From Octopus sinensis (taxonomy: Eukaryota): 59,726 nucleotides of DNA. A program made the position numbers and the translations under genes. Shown piece after piece: positions 11,447 through 23,887 of the stretch. The notes beneath the pieces were generated by a model, which worked only from the letters and a program-made list of their open reading frames with translations, was not told the DNA's origin and did no database searches. The stretch spans positions 1-59,726 of the forward strand of contig NW_021832567.1 in the NCBI RefSeq assembly GCF_006345805.1, given 5' to 3'. Every line of letters starts with the position of its first letter. Position 1 is the stretch's first letter.

Positions 11447-11550
11447 CCACCCATGTCTTCATGGGTGTCCCATTTCCACGTGTTCCCTCTACTTTGAGGG
11501 ATCAGCACTTCTTAGGGAGCTGTTGGCATCCAGCTTAATTGATCTCATTA
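11447..11550 (-). mobile_element. Old antisense RTE RT-end remnant just upstream of the ZNF acceptor (present in all units)
   Basis: Minus strand encodes KC*SLKVEGTRGNGTPMKTW, homologous to RKCQSLAVEGTRGRGRPRKTW of the RTE at ~36170-36235. Confidence 0.75.
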
Positions 11551-11967
11551 GAAATGAATTTGTATTTTTTTACTAACCACAATATCTTACACTGTTGTTT
11601 CTCTATAATTTCAGAACATCAGATGACATTGACATAACAGAAGAAGCATCCTCAATATCTACCACGTTTTAAAGACTAAAAGAAGAATATTTTGCAAAGC
11701 AGATGTGTCGGATAGTTTCTAGAAATCTATGGTAGAATTCCTGTGAAACGTTTGCTCTGAAATATTATTAGCCAAATTTGTGAACCTCCCAGGCTTGTGT
11801 TTTCAAGAAGAGGAGCCTGTGTGCTCATTGAAGTTGGATAAATTGATTGAAGTGTTGTTAAACAAAGGTAACACTGGACCGAAATACAACAGTTAAAGTA
11901 CCTGTAAGGAACAAAGTACAAGAACCAAAGGAAGAAGGATATATGAACTTGGATTTGAGAGAAAATA

Positions 11968-13722
11968 ATGGAAAAGAGTGAGAAAATTGTAGAATTGATT
12001 TTCTCTGAAGACATGATGAAAAAGATGACATCATATGACTGTGATGTATGTACAGAGTCCTTCTTTCAAGAAAGTAACCTACTTACACACAAACCTGTTC
12101 ATACAGGTGACAAACCACATCACTGTGATATCTGTGGTAAATCATTCTCTCAAAGTAGTAGCCTTACTAGGCACAAACGTACTCATACAGGAGAAAGACC
12201 ATATCATTGTGATATTTGTGATAGATCCTTCTCTGACAGTAGTCACTTAACAAAACACAAACGTCTTCATACAGGAGAGAAACCATATCAGTGTGATGTC
12301 TGTGGTAAATCATTCTATCGTAGTAGTAGCCTTACTAGGCACAAACGTACTCATACAGGAGAGAAACCATATCAGTGTGATATCTGCGGTAAATCGTTCT
12401 CTGACAGTGGTCAGTTATCACGTCACAAGCATACACACACAGGAGAAAGACCATATCACTGTGACATCTGTGGTAAATCATTCTCTCATAGTTTTGTCTT
12501 AACTAAACATAAACGTACTCATACAGGGGAGAAACCATATCATTGTGAAATCTGTGGTAAATCATTCTCTGATAGTAGTAAATTAACTGCACACAGACGT
12601 ATTCATACAGGAGAGAAATCATATCACTGTGACATCTGTGGTAAATCATTCTCTCGTAGTTATATCTTAACTAGGCATAAACGTATTCATACAGGGGAGA
12701 AACCATATATTTGTGATATCTGTGGTAAATCATTCGCTGAAAGTAGTCACTTATTGACACACAAACATGTTCATACAGGTGAGAAACCACATCACTGTGA
12801 CATCTGTGGTAAATCATTCTCTCATGGTTCTGACTTAATAAAACACAAACGTATTCATACAGGAGAGAAACCCTATCAGTGTGATATCTGTGGTAAATCA
12901 TTCTCTCAGAATTGTTTCTTAACTGTACATAAACGTTTTCATACAGGAGAGAAACCATATCAGTGTGATATCTGTGGTAAATCATTCTATCAGAATTGTG
13001 TCTTAACTAAACATAAACGTCTTCATACAGGAGAGAAACCATATCATTGTGATATCTGTTATAAATCATTCATTGACAGTAGTCAGTTATCATGTCACAA
13101 ACGTACTCATACAGGAGAGAAACCATTTGATTGTGATATCTGCGGTAAGTCATTCAGTAATAGTAGTAAATTATCAAGTCACAAACGTATTCATACGGGA
13201 GAGGAACCATATCATTGTGATATCTGTGGTAAATCATTCTCTCAAAGTAATTACTTATCAACACACAAATATGTTCATACTGGGGAGAAACCACATCACT
13301 GTGATGTCTGTGGTAAATCATTCTCTCAAAGAAGTAACTTAACAACACACAAACATCGTCATACAGGAAAGAGACAATACCATTGTGATATCTGTGGTAA
13401 ATCATTCGTTGAAAGTAGTCAGTTATCATCTCACAAACGTATTCATACAGGAGAGAAACCGTATCATTGTGATATCTGTGGTAAATTATTCTCACATCGT
13501 TGTGGCTTAACAGCACATAAACGTATTCATACAGGAGAGAAGCCATATCATTGTGATATCTGTGGTAAATCATTCTCTTATAATTGTGCCTTAACTGCAC
13601 ATAAACGTACTCATACAGGAGAGAAACCATATCACTGTGATATCTGTGGTAAATCCTTCTCTCAAAGCGGTCACTTATCAAGACACAAATGTATTCATAC
13701 AGGGGAGAGACCCTATCACTGA
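11968..13722 (+). CDS. Poly-C2H2 zinc-finger protein ZNF-1 (584 aa, 20 fingers)
   Basis: 23-aa leader then 20 CxxC-x12-HxxxH fingers with TGEKPY linkers; acceptor TTTCAG|AACATC at 11615, TACTAAC branch point at 11571-11577. Confidence 0.95.
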   Translation: MEKSEKIVELIFSEDMMKKMTSYDCDVCTESFFQESNLLTHKPVHTGDKPHHCDICGKSFSQSSSLTRHKRTHTGERPYHCDICDRSFSDSSHLTKHKRLHTGEKPYQCDVCGKSFYRSSSLTRHKRTHTGEKPYQCDICGKSFSDSGQLSRHKHTHTGERPYHCDICGKSFSHSFVLTKHKRTHTGEKPYHCEICGKSFSDSSKLTAHRRIHTGEKSYHCDICGKSFSRSYILTRHKRIHTGEKPYICDICGKSFAESSHLLTHKHVHTGEKPHHCDICGKSFSHGSDLIKHKRIHTGEKPYQCDICGKSFSQNCFLTVHKRFHTGEKPYQCDICGKSFYQNCVLTKHKRLHTGEKPYHCDICYKSFIDSSQLSCHKRTHTGEKPFDCDICGKSFSNSSKLSSHKRIHTGEEPYHCDICGKSFSQSNYLSTHKYVHTGEKPHHCDVCGKSFSQRSNLTTHKHRHTGKRQYHCDICGKSFVESSQLSSHKRIHTGEKPYHCDICGKLFSHRCGLTAHKRIHTGEKPYHCDICGKSFSYNCALTAHKRTHTGEKPYHCDICGKSFSQSGHLSRHKCIHTGERPYH

Positions 13723-13790
13723 TACCTGTAAAAAACCATTCTCTCAAAATTCGGACTTAACAAAACACAAATATATTCATGATAGGAAAA
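13717..13790 (+). pseudogene. Out-of-frame 21st finger of ZNF-1
   Basis: CACTGATACCTGT is CAC TGT GAT ACC TGT minus 2 nt; the shifted frame continues [20 protein letters not shown]. Confidence 0.75.
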
Positions 13791-14087
13791 AAGGTATTCT
13801 AGTTTGCAAAAATTTAAGAGGGGGCTGTGTGTACAAATGGATAATTGCAGACTTGCATTCAATAAGAGAGACATGGAAGTGCTAACATGAAAGCCCACTA
13901 AATGTGGCACATGACTGGGAGAGCCTTCCCAATGTGAACAAAAGAGGGTCTAGGCCAGGGTTGGGCAATCTCTGGCACGCAAAATTCTCTCTAGTAACCT
14001 TCCATTTAATGACTTTCTCTCAATAGTATATTGTGACTTTTTATCGCTCAGATACATTTTTATGTCACAAATTACGCCTACCTTTAT

Positions 14088-14316
14088 TTAACCCTTTAGC
14101 ATTTAAACCGGCCATATCCGGCCAAAAGTATTCTGCCTGTTTTATGTTCAAACTGGCCAGATCTGGTCTCTCACACCAACCCTACAATATCGCTTTAAAA
14201 ATTAACAGCTACCTCATCAAAATCTCATAGATACAAGATAATGCCTGATTAGTTCTAAACAGTGTGGATAAAAAAGGATTAACTTTGGCAGAATAATGTG
14301 AACACTAAAGGGTTAA
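14088..14316. mobile_element. piggyBac-like MITE, second subfamily
   Basis: TTAA|CCCTTTAG ... CTAAAGGG|TTAA; different interior from the 780-1008 family. Confidence 0.75.
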
Positions 14317-14879
14317 TGATCTCCAACCAGTGTTTTGATGTTAGGTCCCGCAACTGGTATTCACTGACAAGACAACTGCCTCACCTATTTATTCAAAATT
14401 CCTCTCAATGCTTGCTACAGCAGTGATATCATCATTATGCCATATTCTTGCTGCGCTGAATAGAGGAAAGTGGGTTAGCAAATGAATGACAAGCAAACGG
14501 TGAGGCCGTTTAAAGTGCCGCCCAGAGTGGGTTGCCTCTACTGTCGCTCCCCCGCTACACTAGTGCGCTTCAGTGGTGTATTTAAGGAGTGATCATCAGC
14601 ATGGTTTTATTATATCTTGTGCCTTATGTGACTAAGTTTGATTGATATGAATCTTGTGTGGCAACAGGTTTAATTATGCTGCCTAAACACGTGTAAAACA
14701 TGTTCCAGAGTACGTATATCAGGTCAGATTAGAAATGCTTGGAAGAAGAGATAAGTTTTCTAGATTTTTTTTTCTTTCTTTGTAATACAGATTTGATCTA
14801 TGTATTAAACACAAGATGAAAAATATACTTACCTTTGTGCAGTTCTTCCCTGATTTCCTATCATGCTATTTGTTATGAC

Positions 14880-15100
14880 TTAACCCTTTCGTGACCAACC
14901 CGGCTGAAACCGGCTTTGGCTCTGTAGTACAAATGTCTTGTTTTCATAAGTTTTTAATTAAAATCTTCCACCAAACCTTAGTCACAATTCCTAACAGTAG
15001 CTGAATGATAACTAAGTTATTTTACTAAATTCTTTGTTGTATTTTAAGTAAATGAAAGAAACAGAGCATCTCAAAATAAATACAGTAATGAAAGGGTTAA
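14880..15100. mobile_element. piggyBac-like MITE
   Basis: TTAA|CCCTTTC ... GAAAGGG|TTAA; reverse orientation relative to 780-1008. Confidence 0.8.
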
Positions 15101-15364
15101 AGTACAGTAAATATTACAGCTTGTATACAAAAGTATCACAAATTTTTTTGACAATTTCTAATAAATGAGCCAGTACTGTATTGTAATTTTTGTTATGTAG
15201 ATCATTTGATGTCCATCAATGTTCAAGTGACTAAATCATATTTATAGAGCCGTGGGTCGATGCTTCTGAATTCAGCCTGCATGCAAGTTTGGGTACAGTT
15301 AGTTGACTGTTGCAATGTCTTCATCATAGTTGTTATGTGTACATTGTGCATATCGAGTACATAT

Positions 15365-15990
15365 CATCATCATCGTTTAGCGCCTGCTTTCCATGCTAGC
15401 ATGGGTTGGACGGTTCAACTGGGGTCTGGGAAGCCAGGAAGCTGCACCAGGCTCAGTCTGATCTGGCAAAGTTTCTACAGCTGGATGCCCTTCCTAACGC
15501 CAACCACTCCGTGAGTGTAGTGGGTGCTTTTTGTGTGCCACTGGCATAGGTGCCAGACGAGGCTGGCAAACGGCCACGATCGGATGGTGCTTTTTACGTG
15601 CCACCGGCATGGGTGTCAGGCGAGGCTGGCAAACGGCCACGATCGGATGGTGCTTTTTACGTGCCACCGGCATGGGTGCCAGGCGAGGCTGGCAAACGGC
15701 CACGATCAGATGGTGCTTTTTACGTGCCACCGGCATGGGTGCCAGGCGAGGCTGGCAAATGGCCACGATCGGATGGTGCTTTTTATGTGCCAGGCGAGGC
15801 TGGCAACGGCCACGATCGGACGGTGCTTTTTACGTGCCACTGGCATGAGGCCAGTTGGAGCGGCACTGGCAACGGCCACGTTCGGATGGTTCTTTTACAT
15901 ACCACCGGCACTGGTATCACAGCTGCAATTTCCATTGATGTTGATCGATTTCGATTCTCACTTGCCTCAATCGACATCAATGTATTGTAT
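15365..15990 (-). mobile_element. RTE LINE 3' UTR with tandem ~58 bp subrepeats
   Basis: (CAT)n start on the plus strand, RTE terminus, about five subrepeats. Confidence 0.85.
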
Positions 15991-16284
15991 ACATACGAGA
16001 TTATGCAGACACCAGATTGTTAGTTCATCGGACTTGAGCTGTTGTACATGTCATTGCTCCTTCAAATGATATACTGTAAGCGTCAAATTATTTATGGCCA
16101 TAAAAGTTCATGATTTGTTGCATGCTTTGTCCTTTCTTTACTGATCTTTACACAGTGCCCATCCTATTATTTTGTTGGGGTAGCAAACTTTTTTTCCTGC
16201 TCTTTATACATTGTGCAGACTGCCAGGACCACCAGCTAAGGAACGATGTCATTCAACTGAAGAGTTTACTCTCTTTTTTTTTTT

Positions 16285-16483
16285 TACTCTTTTACTTGTT
16301 TCAGTCATTTGACTGCGGCTATGCTGGAGCACCACCTTTAGTCGAGCAATTCAACCCCGGGACTTATTCTTTGTGTAAGCCCAGTACTTATTCTATCGGT
16401 CTCTGTTTGCCGAACCGCTAAGTGACGGGGGACGTAAACACACCAGCATCGGTTGTCAAGCAATGCTAGGGGAACAAACACAG

Positions 16484-16528
<45 letters not shown>

Positions 16529-16695
16529 TACGACAGGCTTCTTTCAGTTTCCGTCTACCAAATCCACTCACAAGGCATTGGTCGGCCCGGGGCTATAGCA
16601 GATGACACCTGCCCAAGATGCCACGCAGTGGGATTGAACCCGGAACCATGTGGTTTGTTAGCAAGCTACTTACCACACAGCCACTCCTGCGCCTA
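16285..16695 (-). mobile_element. Full-length tRNA/CORE-like SINE
   Basis: Head GCGCAGGAGTGGCTGTGTGG, core, (TA)n, and tail ending AAGTAAAAGAGT. Confidence 0.85.
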
Positions 16696-17040
16696 TGTTT
16701 GATATGATTAAGAAAGAGAAAGCATTATGATTTTCTTTTTCGAAACTGTCATTTGTAGAACTTCTGTAAAGAGGCATTTTGAAAGGGGTCAGAAGAACTT
16801 AAGCAATAAAACTGGAGAGGAATAAGAGAATTAATTTCTCATGAACTCAGCAAAACCAAAAAAACAGGCTGATATTTTTATAAACTTTATCTTGGGCAAG
16901 CTCAGTTCCAACTTAGTTGCTGCTGGTTTTGAGGTTTCAAAAGTTATAGTGCAACATGGAAAGCCAGTGGGTGATGGAGATTATATTAAAGAAGCTTGGC
17001 TAGAGTGTGCACCTTTCCGTTTTGGCAATTTTTCAGCACA

Positions 17041-17269
17041 TTAATCCTTTCGTTACTGTATTTATTTTGAGATGCTCAGTGTTTCTTTCAATTACTTTAA
17101 ATATAACAAAGAATTTAGTAAAATAACTTAGTTATCATTAAGCTAGTGTTAGGAATATAAATTGCGACTAAGGTTTGGTGGTATATTTTAATGCAAAACT
17201 TATAAAAGCAAGATATTTGTACTACAGAGCCAGAGGTGGTTTCAGCCAGGTTGGTATCGAAAGAGTTAA
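17041..17269. mobile_element. piggyBac-like MITE nested in the hAT remnant
   Basis: TTAA-flanked with slightly degenerate TIRs. Confidence 0.75.
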
Positions 17270-17410
17270 AAGCACTTCTACATTTGGGTAGATGGACATT
17301 AGAAGCAGTTGAGAGGGTGTGGATTGAAGGAAATTTAGGCTATTATTTCTAGCATATAGAGTGACCACATTGAGGTCTCCTCTCATGTCTTCTGCTGATT
17401 ATTTTTCTTC

Positions 17411-17626
17411 TTAACCCTTTGTTACCATATTTCTGTTGAGATGTTTTGTGTTTCTTTCAATTACTTTAAATATAACAGAATTTAACAAAATAACTTAGTT
17501 ATCATTAAGCTAGTGTTAGGAATATAAATTGCAACTAAGGTTTGGTCGTATATTTTAATGCAAAACTTATAAAAACAAGACATTTGAAGTACAGAGCCAG
17601 AGCTGGGTTGGTAACGAAAGGGTTAA
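17411..17626. mobile_element. piggyBac-like MITE nested in the hAT remnant
   Basis: TTAA|CCCTTT ... AAAGGG|TTAA. Confidence 0.75.
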
Positions 17627-17972
17627 AGAATTGTCTGCGAGTAGGGAAGCAGTTAAGGATAGAATGGTGAAGTTGGAGAAGAATACTTCTGAACAATTGA
17701 TGCAAGATTTGTCTTCATGTAAGTTTTTGTCTATTTGTATTGATGAAAGTACAGACATTACATCATCGGGTGGGTTAGCCATTTTTTTAATCCATTTTGT
17801 AAAGGTGATGAAACGTGTGAAGAGATGGTTGCCATTCTAACACTGCCTGAGCATAGCACCACGGCTGAAATAGGTGTGATACGTATACTGTTGAATAGCA
17901 AAAGAGAGGCCTACCTCTTCATGGTTATAACGAGGTTGACATCACATCTAAGTTACCGAACACACACACACA

Positions 17973-18015
<43 letters not shown>

Positions 18016-18119
18016 AGAAAGAAAAAAAAAATAAAAATTACTACCCAAAACTCTTTGTAAAATTCTTTTGACATTACAAATATCAAATTATGTATTTTGT
18101 TGTTGTGAAGACAGAAAAG

Positions 18120-18420
18120 ATGTGTGCTCACATTCCGATCTGGCTCTTTGTAAAAATATCTCCCAATGATATTGACAAGATTATCTCTGCCGAGATTCCA
18201 AACCCATCTACTAAACAAACATCTCTATGAAATAGCCAAGGCGACCGTGATCTACGGGCCATGTAGGCATGGGTTCAATTTAGGCTCCCCTTGCTTGAGC
18301 AACAATATCTGCAGCAAAAAGTTTCCAAAAATATTTCTGCAGGAAACACAAACTGGCGTTGATGGATGCCCTCTGCACAGATGGGGCCAGTCTGCAGATG
18401 GTGGCTTTACCATGAAAATT
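18120..18420 (+). pseudogene. Helitron Rep/helicase fragment
   Basis: Frameshifted AHI.IWL..KISPNDIDKIISAEIPNP..HLYEIAKATVIYGPC..SPCLSNNICSKKFPKIFLQETQTGVDGCP, recognisable as Helitron Rep. Confidence 0.8.
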
Positions 18421-18539
18421 TTGTTAATTTCACAGGGGTTTTTTTTTTATTGATTTATTATTTTTTTGTAACATATTTGCCTTTAGTTCGTTAATTTCCT
18501 GGATCATCTAAAAATTTACATTCTGACAGTTGACTATAG

Positions 18540-18940
18540 GCGCAGGAGTGGCTGTGTGGTAAGTAGCTTGTTTACCAACCACATGGTTCCGGGTTCAGTC
18601 CCACTGTGTGGCACCTTGGGCAAGTGTCTTCTGCTATAGCCTCGGGCCGACCAAAGCCTTATGAGTGGATTTGGTAGACGGAAACTGAAAGAAGCCTGTC
18701 GTATATATGTATATATATATGCGTTTGTGTGTCTGTGTTTGTCCCCCTAGCATTGCTTGACAACCGATGCTGGTGTGTTTATGTCCCCCGTCACTTAGCG
18801 GTTCGACAAAAGAGACCGATAGAATAAGTACTGGGCTTACAAAAGAATAAGTCCCGGGGTCGAGTTGCTTGATTAAAGGCGGTGCTCCAGCATGGCCACA
18901 GTCAAATGACTGAAACAAGTAAAAGAGTAAAGAAAAGAGT
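18540..18940 (+). mobile_element. Full-length tRNA/CORE-like SINE (reference copy)
   Basis: A-box TGGCTGTGTGG, B-box GGTTCAGTCCC, CORE-like GGCACCTTGGGCAAGTGTCTT, internal (TA)n, tail GGCGGTGCTCCAGCATGGCC..GACTGAAACAAGTAAAAGAGT. Confidence 0.88.
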
Positions 18941-18949
18941 ATTGTCGAC

Positions 18950-19480
18950 TTTTCACTACACTGGAGCGGTAGTTCCGATTTCGGTTGGATCTCTTCCGTT
19001 CGTAATGCTTCCCCTTCACTACCAGCAATAATCCACTTCATCATATTGACACAGTCTAATCTTCCTTTCATCCAAAGCTCCACGGAGCAGAAGTTCAGTT
19101 GGCACCCTATGGACACCGAGTCGCCAGACCTAATGATACTCCATCTCTACTATGTAGACTGGAAGCACGACCTTTTGACCTGTGACTTCAACCAGGATAT
19201 CAATCACAAGGCAACACTTCTGGCTGTCAATTCTACCATCTACTTGTATGTTGTCAATTACAGCCCTTTTAGATCTTTTCAAGTTTGGGGCTTCTTTAAA
19301 ATATTTAGCTGGTGGTTGCCCCTTAACACTAGCCCCTTCTAGTCTTCCAACTCTCCTTTGTCTTTCGTAACCTGATTACTATCCTTCTTTCTTGAAGGGT
19401 AGCCAAAACTAAGATGTCACTTCTCACCACGTCTCACACTCTCCCCTAAGTGGTGACCTTTTCCTCCCGTCCAATAACGA
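18950..19480 (-). pseudogene. Probable degenerate Ty3/Gypsy gag-protease remnant
   Basis: NIQVDGRIDSQKCCLVID..LVEVTGQKVVLPVYIVEME resembles retropepsin, preceded by a decayed knuckle-like W..GKGH.L; heavily mutated. Confidence 0.4.
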
Positions 19481-19544
19481 TCAAATCGTTATTATTGTAA
19501 GGCTTATAGCGTTCCAAATAGCCATACCAATAAAATCACTTCAT

Positions 19545-19875
19545 CATCATCATCGTTGTTTAGCGTCCGCTTTCCATGCTGGCATGGGTTGGACGGTGCA
19601 ACTGGGGTCTGGGAAGCCAGAAAGCTGCTCAAGGCCCAGTCTGATCTGGCAATGTTTCTACGGCTGGATGCCCTTCCAACGCCAACCACTCCGAGAGTGT
19701 AGTGGGTGCTTTTTATGTGCCACCGGCACAGGTGCCAGACGAGGCTGGCAAACGGCCACGATCGGTTGGTGCTTTTTACATGCCACCAGCATAAGACCAG
19801 TCGGGGCGGTGCTGGCAACGGCCACGTTCGGATGGTTCTCTTACGTACCACTGGCACTGGTATCACAGCTGCAAA
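19545..19875 (-). mobile_element. RTE LINE 3' UTR fragment
   Basis: Conserved RTE terminus in reverse orientation. Confidence 0.85.
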
Positions 19876-20094
19876 AGAAAAATACTGGTATATTAAAGAA
19901 TTTTCATTTTATCAAAATTATTCATTTTACAAACTCTGGAAACTGAAACTATTCTTGAAATTGTGTCTCGTATCAAAGTTTATTAAATTATCGTTAGTGA
20001 AAATAGAGGCGAGCGAGACTGAGAGATTGTTGCAAATAAAAATGTAAGATGCAGCCGGCAACAAGTTAATAGTGGTTATTATTAAACATTAAAA

Positions 20095-20985
20095 ATTTAG
20101 TTAGTTAGTTAATTTTTTGCCGCAAAAAGCATGGCCATGTAGGGGGACATGGAGTTATGTACAGGGTGGTATTCATGTAAAGAGTTCAGGCCACTTGTGG
20201 TCAAGGGAGACTTTGAACCGAGCGGTCGTCGGCATCTTCACCATCTCATCTGGCAGCTTATTCCATGGATCTGCAACCCAGACGGAGAAAGCCCCTTTCC
20301 TTTGATTGAGATGAAATTGTCGCAGATAGAGCTTTTCGGAGTGACCCCGCAGCCGACGCTCTGGAGCAGGAGTGAAGAACAGCTCTATTGAGAGGTTACA
20401 CTTTCCGCTTATGATGGTGTGAGCAAGAATGAGATCACCTCGGCGTCATCATTTTCCTAGAGAATAAAGGTCGAGCGTCTTCAGCCTTTCTTCATAAGAC
20501 AAATGTTTGAGACCAAGAACCATGCGGGTAGCCAGCTTCTGGACTCTTTCGAGATGATGTATGTCTGAGGAGATAAGGAGAAGAGGCTTGAATCCCGTAC
20601 TCCAATATGGGTCTTACCAGCGTGATATAGAGCGGTAGGAATATGGCTGCTGTGAGCATTCCGAATGACCGTCGAATCAAAAACAGAACTCCACGTGCTT
20701 TGCTGGTAGCATGGACGCACTGGGCCGAAGGGAAAAGGAGGAATCCACTAAGATACGCAGGTCCTTTACCTGGTTGGTCCTCTCCAGCAGCAGACGACCC
20801 GGCTCAAAATCAAGTTGAGATGCAGGAGAAGAGCCAACAGGTAGATGACAGCACTTTGACATGTTCAGACACAGGTCCCATTCGTTAGACCATCTCCAAA
20901 TTTGGTGGAGGCATCGACGAAGATCCTCTATATCTCCGCGAAGAGCGACCAGTTTGACATCAAATAGCAGGGTGTGTTGCAGTGA
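20095..20985 (-). mobile_element. 5'-truncated CR1-type LINE (RT C-terminus) with (TAAC)n tail
   Basis: DVKL..WSNEWDLCLNMSKCCHL, VKDL.ILVD, IRRSF..LYITLVRPILEYG..SPYL, LSYEERLKTLDLYSL motifs with frameshifts. Confidence 0.9.
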
Positions 20986-21264
20986 ATGCAATGAATATTC
21001 AAATTCATCAAGAATTGAATGCAGTGAATGCCATGAGGGATGTAAGTTATCTGAAGAAGGGAGTTATAGATGGAGCGATGTAAAATGTCGTGCAGGAAAG
21101 CTGTTATCAACAACTGTTGTATTTCGTTTCATGTATGGATATATTCAGACTTGTTGGTTGGTGATTTTTGACCGGCAAACCATATTTCTACGAGTAAATG
21201 AAAATAGAACTGGAAGGGCATTGTGAGCAGTGAGGAAAAACAACATCTGATCGGATGGTCAATA

Positions 21265-21675
21265 AATATTTCTTAACTACCCACAAGGGGCTAAACACAG
21301 AGGGGACAGACAAAGGGATAAAGTCGATTACATCGACCCCCCAGTACGTAACTGGTACTTAATTTATCGACCCCGAAAGGATGAAAGGCAAAGTCGACCT
21401 CGGCGGAATTTGAACTCGGAACGTAACGACAGACGAAATACGTATTTCTTTATTACCCACAAGGGGCTAAACATAAAGGGGACAAACAAGGACAGACATA
21501 CATATTAAGTCGATTACATCGACCCCAGTGCGTAACTGGTACTTAATTTATCGACCCCGAAAGGATGAAGGGCAAAGTCGACCTCGGCGGAATTTGAACT
21601 CGGAACGTAACGACAGACGAAATACGGCTAAGCATTTCGCCCGGCGTGCTAACGTTTCTGCCAGCTCGCCGCCTT
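21265..21675 (-). mobile_element. tRNA-SINE family 2, head-to-tail dimer
   Basis: One full head (GGCGGCGAGCTGGCAGAA..GAGTTCAAATTCC) plus a second unit starting mid-head. Confidence 0.85.
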
Positions 21676-21739
21676 TGGATGGTCAATAAAGTCAGATATA
21701 AATACTTATACGAACAAATACAAATATAATTAGATGCAA

Positions 21740-21971
21740 AATATCAAAGCGAAAAGGGATTTAAGAAGAGTTAACCTACTTTAATATTTCAGAAGAGACG
21801 CGCATGCGCATTGAACGTACTTCCTACTTGATGTCGATTTAGAATTTTTCCTTTGCGCAAATTTCTCTTTCTCTGCTCTTAATACATTTATAATATTTAT
21901 AAAAGTATTCCTCAACTGCCAGATACACAAATACATAACAACACCGTCCTTTCTGAAGCATTTCCGTAAGT
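21740..21971 (+). promoter_or_regulatory. ZNF-2 promoter/non-coding exon 1
   Basis: Perfect GCGCATGCGC palindrome at 21800-21809; donor CC|GTAAGT at 21966; acceptor at 23520. Confidence 0.7.
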
Positions 21972-22482
21972 ATTAATGAAAGTATTCAATGTTTTTAATT
22001 TGGTTTTTGACACATCGATTCTGTGTCTCTTTTATGAATAAGACATGTCCATCATTTGTGCGTGATTTGGCTGCTGTTTCTAGCTACGAAAGAAACATTT
22101 ATATGATGTGTGCAAGACTTGGCTGTTTCTGACCGTGGAAAGAGAGTTGTGCGGGATTTGGTTGTTATTTCTCGCTCTGCAATCTACCTTCTTACACACT
22201 CCATCGTTGACGCATTTAATTTTTCTTTCGTTTAAGAAATGCCCTGAAATTCACTCCAAACACTGAAATATTCAGAAACCAATAATATTATTTATCAGAT
22301 CTTTGTTTCTTTGTATAATTACCGATGTGTGAATTATTTCAGCAACGAAACAAAGGGAAACAAAGAAGTGGAACGGGATTAACCAGGAGAAGATGGGTGG
22401 GGGAGGGGTTCGGTCTTTTACACTTTTTATGTTTTTTCCTTCCTTTATTCCTGTAAAAATCTGTAGTTAAATAAAAAATCTC

Positions 22483-22902
22483 GGCGATCTTTCGTCTCAA
22501 GTAGACCTTTCCGTCGATTTCCGTAAAAATTTTTTTTTTTTACATATGGGCTTGCGGGAACTTTTGAAGTAATATACATACATATACACACACACCGAGT
22601 AAAAAATTTCAGTTATCTCTCTCTTTCACACATTACTCTGTCTCTTCACACACACTAACAGAAGCACTTCACTTACACAACATACTGTCTGTCTCCGACA
22701 CCCCATCAAACACACACACACACATGTACATCAATGCTTGCCATGCACGGTAACTTCAAAAGAACTTCCCTCGTCATACAATCGCTTTCTCTTAGTCTCT
22801 TTCGCTCTCATTACTTCAAAAGTTCCCGCAAGCCCATATGTAAAAAAAAAAAATTTTTTTACGGAAATCGACGGAAAGGTCTACTAGAGACGAATGATCG
22901 CC
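22483..22902. mobile_element. Long-TIR MITE, same family as 9705-10128, opposite orientation
   Basis: GGCGATC...GATCGCC TIRs; flanking duplication AAAAATCTC (9-10 bp, offset or one mismatch). Confidence 0.8.
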
Positions 22903-23198
22903 TAAAAATCTCTATTCTATGAAAGTAAATTGCCCTTAAAAAAGTGTATTTTACGATAGAAACCGGAAGTGACGACAGTAATATACCAAAACTTCATGAA
23001 ATATGTTTGATATTCAGTAAGGGTGTTTTTATGTGTACCCATTAAATTGTTAATGATTCAATCAGTTTTTTAATCCTCTTCCACATGTTCCATCCACTTT
23101 TAGAGATTGACACTTCTCTATGGAGCTGTCAGCATCCACCTCAGTTCTTAAGTTAAGTGTTTATTTGTACAATTTATCTCAATAGAAATAAATCTGTA

Positions 23199-23454
23199 GG
23201 CGGCAAACTGGCAGAACCGTTAGCACGCCGGGCGAAATGCGTAGCCGTATGCGTAGACGTTCTGAGTTCAAATTCTGCCGAGGTCGACTTTGCCTTTCAT
23301 CCTTTCGGGGTCGATAAATTAAGTACCAGTTAGGCACTGGGGTCGATAAATTAAGTACCAGTTAGGCACTGGGGTCGATCTAATCGACTTAATCCCTTTG
23401 TCTGCCCTTGTTTGTCCCCTCTGTGTTCAGCCCCTTGTGGGCAATAAAGAAATA
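23199..23454 (+). mobile_element. tRNA-SINE family 2 with 15 bp TSD
   Basis: TSD AGAAATAAATCTGTA at 23184-23198 and 23455-23469; pol III A and B boxes in the head. Confidence 0.9.
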
Positions 23455-23887
23455 AGAAATAAATCTGTATATTTTACATAGCTTCTACATGTTACACTGT
23501 TGTTTGTCTATAATTTCAGAACATCAGATGACATTGTTTTAACAGAAGAAACATCCTCAATATCTACCACGCTTTAAAGGCTAAAGAAAAATATCATACG
23601 AAACAGATGTGTCGGATTGTTTCTACAAATCTGTGGTCGAATTCCTGTGAAACGTTTGCTCTGAAATACTTTTATTAGCCAAATTTATGAACCTGCCTGA
23701 CAGGAATGTCAAGAAGAAGAGCATGTGTGCTCATTGTAGGATAAATTTCAGGTAAATTACTGGAGAGAAATTACAAATTACACAGGTAACACTGGACAAA
23801 GATACAGTAAAAGTGGTATTTGTAGGGAATATCGTATAAGAACAAAAGCAAGAAAAATATATAAACTGGGATTTGAGAGGAAAAATT

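Larger units (their letters stand above)
16790..17850 (+). pseudogene. Degenerate hAT (Charlie/SPIN-like) transposase interrupted by two MITEs
   Basis: AGFEVSKVIVQHGKPVGDGDYIKEAW, then SREAVKDRM...KFLSICIDESTDITS (first catalytic Asp motif DESTD). Confidence 0.8.

Noticed and set aside
12035-13747. Overlapping alternative-frame and antisense ORFs within ZNF CDSs (MIYHRYH.., MISVVNHS..)
   Set aside because: By-products of the 84 bp finger periodicity; the same pattern appears in every ZNF.
20861-21226. ORF with two CSEC motifs
   Set aside because: Its first third is antisense CR1; the CSEC repeat comes from a short local duplication; no splice or start support.
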